64,000 bases of DNA from Phaeosaccion multiseriatum (GCA_965112735.1 OZ218958.1:1736001-1800000), one strand, 5' to 3'; positions 1 through 13,655 are shown, counted from the first letter of the stretch. Notes: a model not told the origin generated them from the letters alone. Program-made: numbers and translations.

Positions 1-246
1 GAGAGAGGGAGGGAGAGAGGGAGGGAGGGAGGGAGGGAGGGAGGGAGGGAGGGAGGGAGAGAGGGAGGGAGGGAGAGAGGGAGGGAGGGGAGGGAGAGAG
101 GGAGGGGAGGGAGAGAGGGAGGGGAGGGAGAGATAAGAATTGGGGGGGGGGGAGAATGGTTGTGAACGTCAGTAACGTATCGGTACTCTTTCTCTCGCAC
201 ACACTCGCACACTCGCACACACTCGCACTTCCATAAACGCACACAG

Positions 247-1452
247 GTGTACAAGGCCACGCTCCTGACGGGCGAGGAGGTGGCAGTGAAGGTGCAGCGA
301 CCCGACGTACTGCAGGCAGTCAGTAAGGACCTGTACGTGCTAAGGAGAGCTGCCGAGGTTTATCAGGGGCTGGTGGAGCGCCTCGCGCCTCAACAGAGGA
401 CCAATTATGTCAGTTTGCTCAACGAGTGGGCAGTGGGCTTTTACACCGAGCTGGACTTTGTGAACGAGATGAGGAATCAGCAGAGGGTGAAAGAGATGAT
501 GGAGGAAGGCCCGGAGAAGGTGCCGGGGGTGGTGGTGCCGGCGGTGTTTCCGGAGCTCACCACCAGGCGTATCCTTGTGTCGCAGTGGTTGGAGGGGAAG
601 AAGTTGGGCAGTTGTGATCCGGAGGAAATCAAGCGGCTCACACCCATCGCACAGGTGAGAGAAAGAAAGGGAGGGCGTGTGCATCTTTTTTTAAGGTTAC
701 GTAAGTTTGGCGTGAGGCATTGTTCAGATTCCGTGACCAGCGAAGATTTGGAAGAGAGGGAGATGACTAGCTTTGAATGTGTGCCTTACATGTTCCTCAC
801 AGATGGAGGAGTACATGGGTATATCTCTAACCTCTCCTGACTGCGTTTGGGCTACTCCTTCTCACTTCTCACCCCCCCCCCCTTCCCCCAATCTATGCTC
901 TCCCTCTCTCTCTCTCTCTCCCTCTCTGCCTCCCCGCCTTCCAACACGAGTAGGAGGCTTTTCTGGTGCAGCTTCTCCAGGTAAGGGACCGAAGTGAGGA
1001 ATAGTCGGATACTCCTCTGCAATAGCCGATACTGCTCTGTGTAGCCCGATACTGCTCTGCAATAGCCGATACTGCTCGAGAGGGGACTGAATTGAGGAGC
1101 AGCTCGATATTGCTATAGAAGGGGCCGAATTGAGGAGTAGGGGAGTAGCCTGACACTGCTTTTACGATAGCCCGATACCTGCTCTTGTTGCTTTTCCAAC
1201 ACCCCCCCATACGCTCCTTTGTCTTTGTCTCTCGATACCTATAACCCCGATACCCAACCTCGATGCCCAACCTCGACACCCAATCAGGTGGGCTTCATGC
1301 ACTCCGACCCTCACAGCGGCAACATGCTCGCTCTGTCCGACGGCTCAGGCCTCGGCATTATCGACTTCGGACTGGTTGCCACTGTGCAGCAGGAGGTAAG
1401 ATTACATGTGGTTAGGAAAGAAGATCCATGATGGGGAGGAGGTGTGGTGTGT

Positions 1453-1493
<41 letters not shown>

Positions 1494-4400
1494 CGTGCGT
1501 GCATTCCTCTCTTACACCCACCTTCGTCCCCCCCCTCCACGCCCCCGGGGACACACACATACCCACCACTTCCCGCACACACACCCACACACCCATTGAC
1601 TTAAAACCTATAGGACATGGACACGATGGTGTCAGCGATCATCCACCTCGCCAACAAGGACTACCCCTCCCTCGTTGATGACTTCATTGCTCTGGAGATA
1701 CTCCCCACCGATACAGACCGGGCCAAGGTAGGGAGGGGAGGGGAGGGGAGGGGAGGGGAGGGAGGAGAGGGGAGGGAGGAGAGGGGAGGGAGGAGAGGGG
1801 AGGGAGGAGAGGGGAGGGAGGAGAGGGGAGGGAGGAGAGGGGAGGGAGGAGAGGGGAGGGAGGAGAGGGGAGGGGAGGGAGGGGAGGGGAGGGAGGGGAG
1901 GGGAGGGGAGGGGAGGGAGGGGAGGGGAGGGGAGGGAGGGGAGGGGAGGGAGGGGAGGGAGGGGAGGGAGGGGAGGGAGGGGAGGGAGGGGAGGGAGGGG
2001 AGGGAGGGGAGGGAGGGGAGGGAGGGAGGGGAGGGGAGGGAAGGGAGGGGAGGGAAGGGAGGGAGGGGAGGGAGGGGAGGGAGGGAGGGAGGGAGGAAGG
2101 AAGGAAGGAAGCAAGGAAGCAAGGAAGCAAGGAAGCAAGGAAGCAAGGAAGCAAGGAAGCAAAGGGAGCAAGGGAAGGAAGGAAGGTGGACACTGCCTTC
2201 ACCCGAACCCCCTACTCCTACCCCCAACCCACCCCGATAGGTCATCCCCCTGATGGACAAGGCTCTTTCCCCCTACGTCAAGGGCGGAGGAGCCAAGAAG
2301 TACGAAGAGGAGCTACGCAAGACGTACGGCATGGATGGATCGTACAGCGGCGCGGCAGGGGGCTTTAGTGCCATGACCAGCGATGCACTCACGGTACTCA
2401 ATGACATCCCCTTCTCCATCCCACCCTACTTCGCGCTGCTGGGAAGAGCGATTGGTGAGTGAGTGGGTGAGTGGGTGCGTGAGTGGGTGCTTGATTGGCT
2501 GCGTGAGTGGATGCGCGTATGGGTGCGTGGTGGCTGGGCTGGACTCCAAGGGACTTGTCTGCTGTCTAATGCCCATACGCCTCCCCCAAACCCCTTCACT
2601 GACTTACCTTCCCCCTACCGTATGGCAGTGACCCTGGAGGGCATTGCTCTGCAAGGCAACCCGGACTACGGCATCATCTTAGAGGCATACCCCTTCATCT
2701 CACGCAAACTGCTCAAGGAGGAGAGGCCCGAGATACAAAAGGCCCTGCAGGACGTGCTGTACGGAGGAGCGCAGGTGAGAGAGAGAGATGGACGGCAGTG
2801 GACGGATGGCAGTGGGTGGCAGTGGATGACAGGGGTGATGGATAGGGTGAGAGATAAAGATGAATGGTAGTGAAAGATGGCAGCGGATGGAGTGCCTTGC
2901 CATATCTTCACCTCACCTCCCCTCCCCTCCCACCCTCAGGGCACCCTGCGCACGAACAGGCTGTCTGCGCTGCTGAACTCTGCGGTGGGAGTGGTGGCCA
3001 AGCAGAGCGGCTCAGCCTTTGTGGACCTCGACAGCACACCCGAGAGCGGAGCATTGAGGTGAGAGAGTCATGAGGCAAAGAGGCAAAGAGAGAGAAAGAG
3101 AGATGCGCACAGAGATGCAGAGATAAGAGAGAGAGGAGGGAAGGAGGGCAGTACTCTGGGGGAAAGGTGAGGTAGCGAGAACATCATATAGCCCTCCTCC
3201 CTCCCCCCTCTTTCTGCCCTGCCCTGTCCCGTATCACCAACTGCGCTGCCTTGTCCTGTATCACCAACTGCCGTACCCTACACTGTGTCACCAACTGCCC
3301 TGTGCCGTATGACCAACTGCCTAGTCTGGAGCAATCCATCAAGTACCTTCTGTCCCCCTCGGCCTCGAGTCTCAGAAAGGTACGGAAGGAAGGAAGGAAG
3401 GAAGGAAGGAAGGAAGGGAGGGAAGGAAGGAAGGAAGGACGGTGAAGGAAGGTCATAGCTATGTGTTGAGTGGAGCGAAAGGAAGGAGGAGAGGAGGAAG
3501 ATCTGGACAACGATGACGACAGGGGCTCAAATCACACCACAACGAACAGCGTGTTTATGCTCTCCTCCTCCCCCCGCCCGTCCCCTCCCTCAATGTGCCC
3601 CTCTCTGCCTACAGATCCTGACAGAGGAATTCGTGGAGGCTGCAGACGTGCTACTGAGACAGGTGCGTGCGTGCATGCATGCCGAGGGTCCGCTGCCTCC
3701 ACTCTCTCTCTCTCGCTCTTTCTCTCTCTTCTCGCCCTCTCTCTCTCTCGCTCTCTCCCTCTCCCTTTCTCCATTCAAGAGGCAGGTAGCCCTTTCCCCC
3801 CACCGTGCCCGGGCGGCCTCAAGTCCTCCCAACTGATAGTGCACCCCCCCTCCCCTCTCACCCCCTCTCCCCTCTCCCCCTCCTCCTCCTCTTCCTCCTC
3901 CTCCTCCTCTTCCTCCTCCTCCTCCTCCTCCTCCTCCTCCTCCTCCTCCTCCTCCTCCTCCTCCTCCTCCTCCTCCTCCTCCTCCTCCTCCTCCCCCTCC
4001 TCCTCCTCCTCCTCCTCCTCCTCCTCCTCCTCCTCCTCCTCCTCCTCCTCCTCCTCCTCCTTCTCCTCCTCCTTCTCCTCCTCCTTCTCCTCCTCCTCCT
4101 CCTCCTCCTCCTCCTCCTCCTCCTCCTCCTTCTCCTCCTCCTTCTCCTCCTCCTCCTCCTCCTCCTCCTCTCCTGAACAGGCGGCTCGCAAGAACTTCCA
4201 GCCCCTCATGGCTGCTCTGCCCCGCCCTCCCTTCTTCGCCTCCCTTCTGCCCGCCCCGGAGACCGTGCCCATCCCCGTCCTCCTTCCCGTCCAGGTGTGT
4301 GGGAGTGTGTGTGGATGTGTGTGACACTGCAAACGGTGTTTTTGTGTTATTTTTTTGACAATACTTAACGTACGCTTTTTAAAGCGTATGCAAGATCCTG

Positions 4401-5738
4401 TCGGTGTCCTCATCTCCTTCCTTCCTTCCTCCCTCCCTCCCTCCCTCCCTCCCTCCCTCCCTCCCTCCCTCCCTCCCTCCCTCCCTCCCTCCCTCCCTCC
4501 CTCCCTCCCTCCCTCCCTCCCTCCCTCCCTCCCTCCCTCCCTCCCTCCCTCCCTCCCTCCCTCCCTCCCTCCCTCCCTCCCTCCCTCCCTCCCTCCCTCC
4601 CTCCCTCCCTCCCTCCCTCCCTCCCTCCCTCCCTCCCTCCCTTCGTTCGTTCGTTCCTTCCAGGCGGGTGGCAACCCTGTTCCCTCCCTCCAACGGCCCA
4701 TCGATGTCTTCGAGAGAGCGGCGCCACCTCTCACAAGGGAGGAGGAGCTTTATGCGCTGTCTCTGTCGGATGTTGTGAGTCAATCGCTCGGAGATGATGC
4801 TTCCATGCTGCTGTCGGGGGACGCGAGGTTGGACCCACGTTCGGCTGCGAGGGTGTTGTTGGTAAGTAGATGGGTGCAGGGAGAGGGAGATGGACACGGG
4901 GTGGGAGTTGGGAGAGACTGGGGAGAGCAATACACAAACACGAGAGAGAGGGAAAGGAGGGAGGGAGGGAGGGAGGGAGGGAGAAGGAGGAGAGAGCGAG
5001 GGAGGGAGGGAGAGAGGAAGGGATATAGAGAGAGAGGCACACGCTCATAGAGAGAGAGAGAGAGAGGGAGATACACATACAGAGAGAGAGGGTGGGAGAG
5101 ACATGAACACACACTCTCTAACTTGTTCTCTCCCCTCCTCTCCCTCTGCACACCGACAGGAGCTTGCTTCTGGCGTTTCCTCCTCCCCGTCCTCGCCCTT
5201 CCCCGAGGGGCTGGTCAATGCTCTCGTAGGCGGTCTCCAATCCGTGCTGGGGGTGGACAATAAGAGTGGTCGGGGTAGTAGCAATAGTAGAGGAGCAGCC
5301 GGAGCAGGAGGAGGAGGAGGGGAGGGTGTCAGTGGCGAGGGGCATATGATGGACGACATGACCGCAGCGGATACGAATGTACGAGATTTGCAGGATGCTT
5401 TGGCCGCTCTGCAGGAGGATGAATCGAAGATACTCAACGAGACGATGGAGAAGGTGAGGGAGTTGGTGATACGGAGGGAGGGAGGGAGGGAGGGAGGCAT
5501 TGAGTCGGAGGGGGAGGGAGCGAGTGAGGGAGGGAGCGAGTGAGGGAGGGAGCGGGGAACAGAGGCGGCGAGGTTCATTGCCTTAATATGTCGTACCCCT
5601 CCTCGAATATCGATCTACTTGGAGTAATTTTTGCGTCTTTTGTCTTTTCCCTCCTCGATATGCTGCCTTATTTCTCAGGTGTGGAGCACACTTTGGGAGA
5701 GGCAGGTGGGCAGGCTGGCGCCGCTCTTGTCGCGATAG
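247..5738 (+). CDS. ABC1/UbiB-family atypical protein kinase (5' end lies upstream of the window), 13 exons seen
   Basis: Motifs VYKATL..GEEVAVKVQRP, ELDFVNE, FMHSDPHSGN, IIDFGL, PFSIPPYFALLGRAIVTLEGIAL..NPDY.I...AYPF. GT-AG exons read by eye: 247-654, 954-980, 1288-1395, 1614-1727, 2241-2454, 2629-2774, 2940-3058, 3325-3379, 3615-3662, 4181-4294, 4664-4861, 5160-5453, 5679-5738 (TAG). Confidence 0.9.
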
Positions 5739-6426
5739 AGCTCAATATAATACTTCATAGTAGCATTTCGTAGAGCTCTAAATAGCTTTTTTGTTCGTAG
5801 AGCTCTGTATAGGATATCGCAAAGCTCGCTCTCCACGACTGGAGCAGGGCATATGCGGTGCATGTGCATGTAAATACATAGATGAAAGAGAAACAACAGG
5901 CCGCCTGACCGACTGACCGACTGACGGGCTGACGGACTGACCGACTAATGACCGACTGACGGACGGACGGACGGACGGACTGACCGACAGACTGCCTGAC
6001 CGACTGACCGACTGACTGACTGAGTGACCGACTGACCGTGATGGGTTGGGTTGGAGGATGGGGGGTGGCACAGCGAAGTTGCTCGCTCCAAGGACAATGC
6101 GATAGGGGATAGGGGCATCTCGCTGCTGTGGCCACGGAGTCCCGGGGGGGCGAGTAATGAAGGGAAAGGAACGGTAGGGAGCCAGGACACTCATTGATTA
6201 AGTTTCTAGAATACATACAAAAAAAATATATATACAAGAGTAATCAATATACCCCCCTTGACGCCCCGAACAACGGTCTTGACGAGGTTGAAAGCCCGTC
6301 GCCGCTTACCTGTCGGGTAAGTCAGTGATTACTCTTCTGAGAGCCATTGCCACTCGGTACGTAAGGGGATTGAATGTGATGTGAAAAGCTGAACAGTCAG
6401 AGGATTCCCTTAAGTGTAACGTTCTC

Positions 6427-7100
6427 TTAACTCGTCTTTGTTCTTGCTCCACTTGTTGAGTCCGACGAAGACGCCCCTAGCGCTGGCATCTCCTGCACAG
6501 TGAGGGGAAGCAGATGCCCACCTCCGTCCCCCCCGCGTCCAGAGAGGAGGCTCCCCTCCCTCTTGGTCTCTCCCTCTGCCCCTGCCTCTATTGAGCTCAA
6601 CCGTCGCGGCGATACTCCCGACAGAGGTAGAGATGGAGACGACGGTGAAGGTGAACAAGACGACACTCTTTGTTGACTTGTCATCGCCTCTCCTTCTGCG
6701 TGCTGCTGTACCACCAACTGCTGTGCGAGACTTCTGCCTACCTCCTCGTCATCCTCCTGCTGCTTCTGTACCAGCATCTGCTCCTGCTGTTGCCCAATGA
6801 CGATAGGTCTACGTACCTTCCTGGGTTGCAAACTGGCAAGGCTGCCTGCCCCCCCTGGGAGGTGCCCCAGCCCCCCCCCTCCTCCTCCTCCTCCTCCTCC
6901 TCCTCCTCCTCCTCCTCCTCCTCCTCCTTGTCCCCGCTGGCCCTTTTTTTCGTTCTTGTACTTGAGTCTGGGGTGTGGGGTGAGGGAGTGGTTGGAGAGG
7001 GAGGGGAAGCGAGCGGTCTGCCTCTGTTAGTGGACTAGGCCCACCTCAACCTTCGAAGAATCTGCCGTCAATCAACGTATAGTGATGCTGGTGATGCATG

Positions 7101-7144
<44 letters not shown>

Positions 7145-8606
7145 GAGTCCCTCCCCCCTTCCGTCCCTCTCTCACCTCTTGGCCTCTTTCATAACCTTGA
7201 GCTCTGTTCGCATCACATCGATTCTGTTGTGCCTGCCGCCATTGAGCTGATGGAAGGCGTATGTGACCCGCACCAGCCCCACTGTGACGAGCAAATAGCA
7301 CAGGAGGAGGAGGCTCCACAGACAGGCTGCCATTGAGGCAAGATCTCGCACCTTCAGTGACATAGGAAGGAAGAAAGGAAGGAAGGAAGGAAGGAAGGAA
7401 GGAAGGAAAGCACGTATGTGGCGATGGACGAGAGAGAGGGAGGGAGATGTGTGGTGGGGTCAATTCCGTTCTGAAGTGGAGAGAGGGTTGCCGAATATAT
7501 TTCTACACATCCTTTGTTTGGGTCCACTCACTGAATACTTGCCTGTTTTCCCTCCCTCTCTCCCTCCCTCCCTCCCTCGAATAACCACACATCCTGTCGG
7601 AGAAGAGACACACCGAAGTGTGCTGAGTGTTGACCTACCTTGAGGAGGAAGAGCATTAGCTCAGTGGTGTCGGCTTGAAGAGGGCATCGCCCACTCTCCA
7701 CGCAGCTTAACTCCGCACTGAGGTCCACGTAGCTGAGGGACAGTATCGGGGCAGTATCGGGACAGTATGCGGACAGTATCGGGGCAGTATCAGTGCAGTA
7801 TCGGAGGGTGTAGTCGGGGGCACGGGGCGGGCGAGGGGGGGGGTGCTGCGGCTATGAAAAGGCGTTTCCGAATCGCGTTGCATCTCGTCATTTCCCACCA
7901 CCAGCAGGGTTAAGGAGTACAGGGCGCCCCCCCCCCCCCCCCCCCGTCCCCCTCACAGGTCCGTGGGGGGTGGTGTACGATTCTTTTCCATCCCATCACA
8001 TGTACATGGTGTGTGTGGATCTCTTCGCTTTCCTTTCGCACCTGAGAGTGTCCGCAATGAGCGCGCCACCGAGACCCACAGCAGGGACAAGCCTCAGCAC
8101 GGGGTGGTACTCCAGGAATAGACCTACAAAGAAGAAGACGAAGTTGCACACAGGCCGGCCGAAGCCAAAGTCGAAGGAGCCCTTGGCGGTACCGTATGTT
8201 GTGATGGGGGTGGCGACGGGGCGGATGCCTCTGACGCTCAGGTACCACAGCGGGAGACTCAGGGCCAGGCACAGGCCGAGACTAATGCGCGCAGACGTAA
8301 TGATGCTGTGCAGACGGGTTGGTTTGGTTGGTGGTAAGAGGCGTGTATAAGGCAGTAAGCAGAGTTAGAATATTTCGTCTCACATCTCATTCCTATATTT
8401 TCGGGTATGCCCACTTCCCTGTGGGTGGGCAGTGAAACCCCACCCTCTTCTAACCACCTTCCTTACCTTCGGATGAAGGTGACCTCCCACATGTCCTTCC
8501 GATGCCAGGCGAAGCATCCCGTGTAGTTCGTGGCAAACAAGGCCACACCGATGACCCAGCTTGTCAACAGCACACCGTTTGTGCTGGTAGGGTTAACTAG
8601 GCTCAT
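6427..8606 (-). CDS. Hypothetical multi-pass membrane protein, 5 exons
   Basis: ATG at 8606. Phase-consistent exons ~8606-8467, 8305-8042, 7732-7639, 7351-7175, 6967-6427. Several hydrophobic segments (VLLTSWVIGVALFA, CNFVFFFVGLFL, ACLWSLLLLCYLLVTVGLV) are followed by a low-complexity tail. No family recognised. Confidence 0.6.
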
Positions 8607-8830
8607 CTTTCCCTAGGATATCAGCAGATCACAGCTTTGGGGGGGCAACGCTTCATACTTTCACTACATATCCCCTTCGAGTAGCCACTCGGTTCAGGCC
8701 TCGACGTTTCAGCCAGGTGCGTGCAGTCGAATCCGCTCACCTCATCTGTGACTCAGATCCGACGGCGGCCGCGGCGCTGTCGGATCTGTCGGACGAGCAC
8801 TTCTGTACACAAACAGCATAGAGAGGGTGT

Positions 8831-11800
8831 ATGTCTTCTCGTGCAGAAGATGAGGGAGGGGGCAGAGGTCCCTCCTTCTCTACTGCTACAGATGAGGGAT
8901 CCATTGACCCCGCCAAAGTGCTGAACATCAACGTGGGCGTGCTTGGCCATGTGGACTCGGGCAAGACCTCCCTCGTCAAGGCGCTCTCTACGGTGCTCTC
9001 CACTGCGGCCCTGGACAAGAACCCTCAGGTCCGGTGCGGGGGGTAGGTGTACTGAACGGGGACTGGACTGGTTTTCTTGCGGTGCCATTATTCTCTATAC
9101 CTCCTACCTTGCCTCTTTCCCTCCCTCTCCTGCCTTCTCTTGCCCCTTCAACAGCTTTTTAATCCCGTTTCCCTTTGTATGCTCTGTTTGGTATCGTGCC
9201 GACCTTGTCCCGATATTTGTTGAGCTTTGCACAGAAAAAGCGCTCGCCAGCTCACTCATTCTCTGTTGTCCTCACCTCTCTCTCCGGGGGCTAAAGTCCA
9301 GGGAGCGCGGGATCACTCTCGACCTCGGCTTCTCTGCTTTTCTCGTCCCTTGCCCTCCTCACCTCAAGACCTCTGCCCACTCACAGTGGCGGCAAGAGGG
9401 AGCCAAAGCTGCACTAAAGGGCCCTCCCGCAGTCTTCCGACGGGGTGGCACCAAGCCCAGCAAGAGCCACAGTAGCAGCAGCAACAGCAGCAGCAGTAGT
9501 GGTAGCAATAGCACCAACAAGAGCAGCAACAGTACCCCAAGTAGTGGTGGTGGTGGTGGGGGCGGCTCTCCTCGTCCGATGCCTGCCGTGAAGCACATTC
9601 AGTTCACGTTAGTGGACTGCCCCGGCCATGCTTCGCTCATTCGAACCATCATTGGGGGTGCTCAGATCATCGATGTGATGCTGTTGGTGGTGGATGCGTC
9701 CAAAGGCATCCAAAGACAGACGGCGGAGTGTGTGGTGATAGGAGAGGCAACGATGCGGCGGAGTCAGGACTTGATCATAGTGCTGAACAAGATTGATCTT
9801 TTGCTGCCGGAGTCGGAGCGGGAGGAAAGGATTGAGCAGGTAGGCACGGGGAGAGAGGGGTGAAAGCAAGAGATCTGAGCGTGTCACACCAGCCCCCCCG
9901 CCCATCCCTCCTTCTCGCCCAGGGAAAGCCTCTTTCTGCTACTGCTAAGTTCCCCTCGACTCTTACCCACGAGTCGAATCGACATGTCGAATCGTGATGA
10001 GGATGCCATAGGATGCCATATTATTGTCTCTTTGCGACAAGAGGTTCCTCGTCAGACTCGTCAGAGGCACCCATACGATTCTATCTGACGGCACTGCTGC
10101 TACTGCTGGCTGGGTTGGCTCTTCCTCCCTCCCTCCCTCCTTCCCTCCCTCCCTCCCTCCCCTCACCTCCCTGTATCACCAACAGGTTAAGGCCAAGATA
10201 CGCAGGCAGCTGCGGGGCTCCCTCTTCAGAGACGCCGAATTTGTGTGTGTGTCTGCCGCGCCCCCCCTGTCTCCTCCTCCGCCTGGTGAGGAGCCTCGGG
10301 TGGAGGGAGGGAGGGAGGGAGGTGATGACAGCAGCAGCGCCTCTGCAGACAGAGGAGGGGCCTTTGGGATAAGTGGGCTGATCGAGAGGCTTACGGCGCG
10401 CATTAGACTGCCATCCTTGGAGGAGGCAGGCACGCCGCTCTTCTTCTCCGCGGACCACTGCTTCAGTATCAAGGGGCAGGGCACCGTCATTACGGGCACC
10501 GTCTTGTCGGGCAGCGTCTCGGTGAACCAACTGCTGGAGTTTCCGGCGTTGGGGTTGACCAGGCAAGTGGCCTGTGTCAAGTGGCCTGTGTCAAGTGTCA
10601 CCACAATAATTACCCGAGTGAAGTCTGAAGCATCCTGATCTCTATCTCTTTCCTCTCTCTCTGCTCTTGCTCCTTCTCTCCCATGTACTCTCTCTTCTCT
10701 GTCTCCCTCTTAGCTCTTCTCCCCTCTCCGTCTCTCTCTATACACACTCACTCACCCCCATCCTTCTCTCTATGTCTCCCTCCCTCCCTCCCTCCCTCCC
10801 TCCCTCTCCCCCCCCCGCCTCTCTCTCCCTCGCCCGTCGCCCCTGAGCAGGAAGGTCAAGAGTATGCAAATGTTCCACAGGCCTGTACTCAGCGCCCGAA
10901 TCGGGGATAGAGTAGGGCTATGCATGGCCAATTTGGATTCCAAGTTGGTGGAGCGCGGCGTGGCGGTGACGCCGGGTTCTCTGCCGCCTATCAAGACAGC
11001 CGTCGCCCTCGTGCAGAAGGTAGGGGGGGAAGTATTGTTATTTCAGTATCACCCAACTGTTGCAGCACAGCATCACCAACTGCTTGTTGTATCACCAACT
11101 ACTACTGCTGCTGTATCATCAACTGCTGCAGGTCCGTTTCTTTAAAGGCGTGTGCAAAACAGGCTCCAAAGTGCACGTAACTATTGGACACGCGACCGTC
11201 ATGGCCACGGTTACCTTCTTTGGTGCCAGAGAGATGCCACAGATGGCGAAGGCGCAGGCTCAGCAGTTGATACTACAGCGGCAGGCCAAGGAAGGGGAGG
11301 GGGAGGAGGAGGGAGGGGGAGGAGGGATGGATGATGTTGATGTTGATGTGGACTGGAGAGCGGACTATGTGACACAGGAGGAGCTCGTGGGGGGCGGGGG
11401 AGGGGGGGGAGTTGGTGGTACAGCGGCCGAGGTGGAAGCTGAACCTAAAGTGGGCGGCGAGACTCTTGGCGAAGCGGAGGGAGGAGGAGACGGAGGAGGA
11501 GGAGGAGGAGGAGGAGGAGGAGGAGGAGGAGGAGGAGGAGGAGGGGCAGGGAGCTTCTCCAAACAATTTGCGCTTCTGAACTTCCAGACGGATGTCTTCT
11601 GCCCCCCCGGGAGCTTGGTGATCGGCAGTAGACTTGACGCTGACAGCAGCGGAGTTAACGCCGCTAAGAAGCTGAAGAAAAGGATGACAGCATCACGCAG
11701 AGGAGGAGGAGGAGGAGGAGGGGGGGGGGGAGCAGGAGGAGCAGGAGGGGGAGGAGGAGGAAGTGAAGCAGCGGGCTGTAGAATCGTCTTCTTCGGGCGG

Positions 11801-12364
11801 CTGGTGAAATCTGCCGTGCCTCCTCTCCCCTCCTCCTCCTCCTCCTCCTCCTCCTCCACCACCACCACCACCACCACCTCCTCCTCCTCCTCCTCCACCT
11901 CCTCCTCCTCCTCCTCCTCCGTTTCCTCGACGGCGGCGAGCGGTAGCAAGACTGGGCAACGGCAAGGGCAAGGACAAGACAGCTCGAAGCAAGCAGGAGC
12001 CGCAACGGGGGGGCTGCGATTGTACACAGAGAAGGTAGGAGAGTTGTAGTCCGTCGTATTCGTCGCCACCCTGTGATGATGTCGCCACTCTCACACTCTC
12101 TCTCTCTCTCTCTCTCTCTCTTCTTCTCTCACGCCCTTCCTCCCTCCCTCCGGCCTGCCTTCTCACCCTCCTCCCTCACACTTGTGCCCCCAAAGCCCCG
12201 CTCTGCTTTGCTGTGCTTGTGCTTCGCTTACGTTGCGTCTCCTCGACGTTCCTCCCTACCTCCTAACCCCCCCCCCCTCCCCTCCACACACACACACAGG
12301 TGAAGGAAGGGACGGTCTTTCGCGTGGCGACACAGTCCGCTATGCTCCGGCGCACCTCCTCCTC

Positions 12365-12397
<33 letters not shown>

Positions 12398-13655
12398 GGC
12401 CTCCTCGGAGACAGAGATGTGCTACACAGAGGTGTTTGGGAAGGATCTCTTTAAGAAAGAGACAAATATGCAGCCTTTCGTGGGTATGATTGTCGACACA
12501 GGGGGTAGAGTTGCCAAGAGCGGAGGAGGAGGAGGAGGAGGAGGAGGAGGATGTGGTGGTGGTAGTGGTGGCGATGGATATCAGGAGCTTGGCAAGATTG
12601 AAGGCGCCTTTGGGCAGGGAGGAAAGTTCAAAGTCGTCTTCCCGGGGGGTGCGGCGGTGGGGGTGGGGAGCAAGCTGTACCTGCGCTTTCGGAGATACGC
12701 ACACGACAAGAGTAAGTCCATGCGGCAGGACTGGCTGCAAGAGAGCTATCAACGAGTCGCCAAGCAGGGGGCACACAGGTTGTTAAAGCCTAAGCTTCCT
12801 CCTCCCGTGCCCTCGACGAACGACCACAACAAGAACAGCAATAGCATGAAAGGGGGATCAAAGTCTCCTCCTCCTCCTACTACTGCTGCTACTGCTGCTG
12901 GTGGTGGTGTGGCTGGTGGTGCTGCTGCTGCTGCTTTGCCTCCCTCTGAACAAGGGCCGATTTGCAGAGGGCAGGGGCTGGGTGGTGCAGCGTCAGAAGG
13001 AGGTCGCAAGAAGAAGGAGAGGTCGGAGAAGGGAGGTTCGACTGCCCACACCGTATCACCAACTGCTGCTGCTGCTGCTGCCACCCCCGACACTGCTCTT
13101 CGCCTTGAAGGACCGGTCGCGACAGCAGTTGGTGATACACCGACGCCAGCGCCAGCAGCGCTTACAGTTGGTGGTACCACAGCCCCAACAGTTGTCGGTG
13201 GTGAAGCATCTCCACGGACGGGGGTCATCGACGCCCTCAAAGGCGAAGTGATCCCCTCAGGCTCAGAGACGGACGACCATAAGGAGGGCCACACAGGGGG
13301 AGACAACGGGGTACGGGCGCGGGTACGGCACACCATGTGCGTGGCCAAGGGGCTGTTCGGGATGGAGGAGGACATTCGAGCCTTTGCAGGGAGGCCCGTC
13401 GTTGTGCTTGTGAGCAAGGGGGGAGGGGGACAGGGGGTAAGCGAGGGTGACGGAGGAGGCAAGGAGGAGGAGGAGGAGGAGGAGGAGAAGGAGCAGCAGT
13501 GCGAAGGGCAGTACGAGGAGGAGGAAGGACGAGTGATGGGACCGTTCGGCAAGGCGGGCAAGTGTAAGCTGAGCTTCGAGAGAGGCACCACCTGTCAGGT
13601 GGGGGACAGAGTCTTCTTACGACCCCTGCCTACAGCACCCCCACCGCCGCCGTAG
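8831..13655 (+). CDS. EEFSEC: Selenocysteine-specific translation elongation factor (eEFSec/SelB), 6 exons
   Basis: NINVGVLGHVDSGKTSL, ALDKNPQSRERGITLDLGFS, TLVDCPGHASLIRTIIGGAQIID, NKID, DHCFSIKGQGTVITGT, KVKSMQMF, LFKKETN, GAFGQGGKFK, FRRY. Exons 8831-9028, 9297-9839, 10186-10562, 10851-11019, 11132-12034, 12300-13655. Confidence 0.95.
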
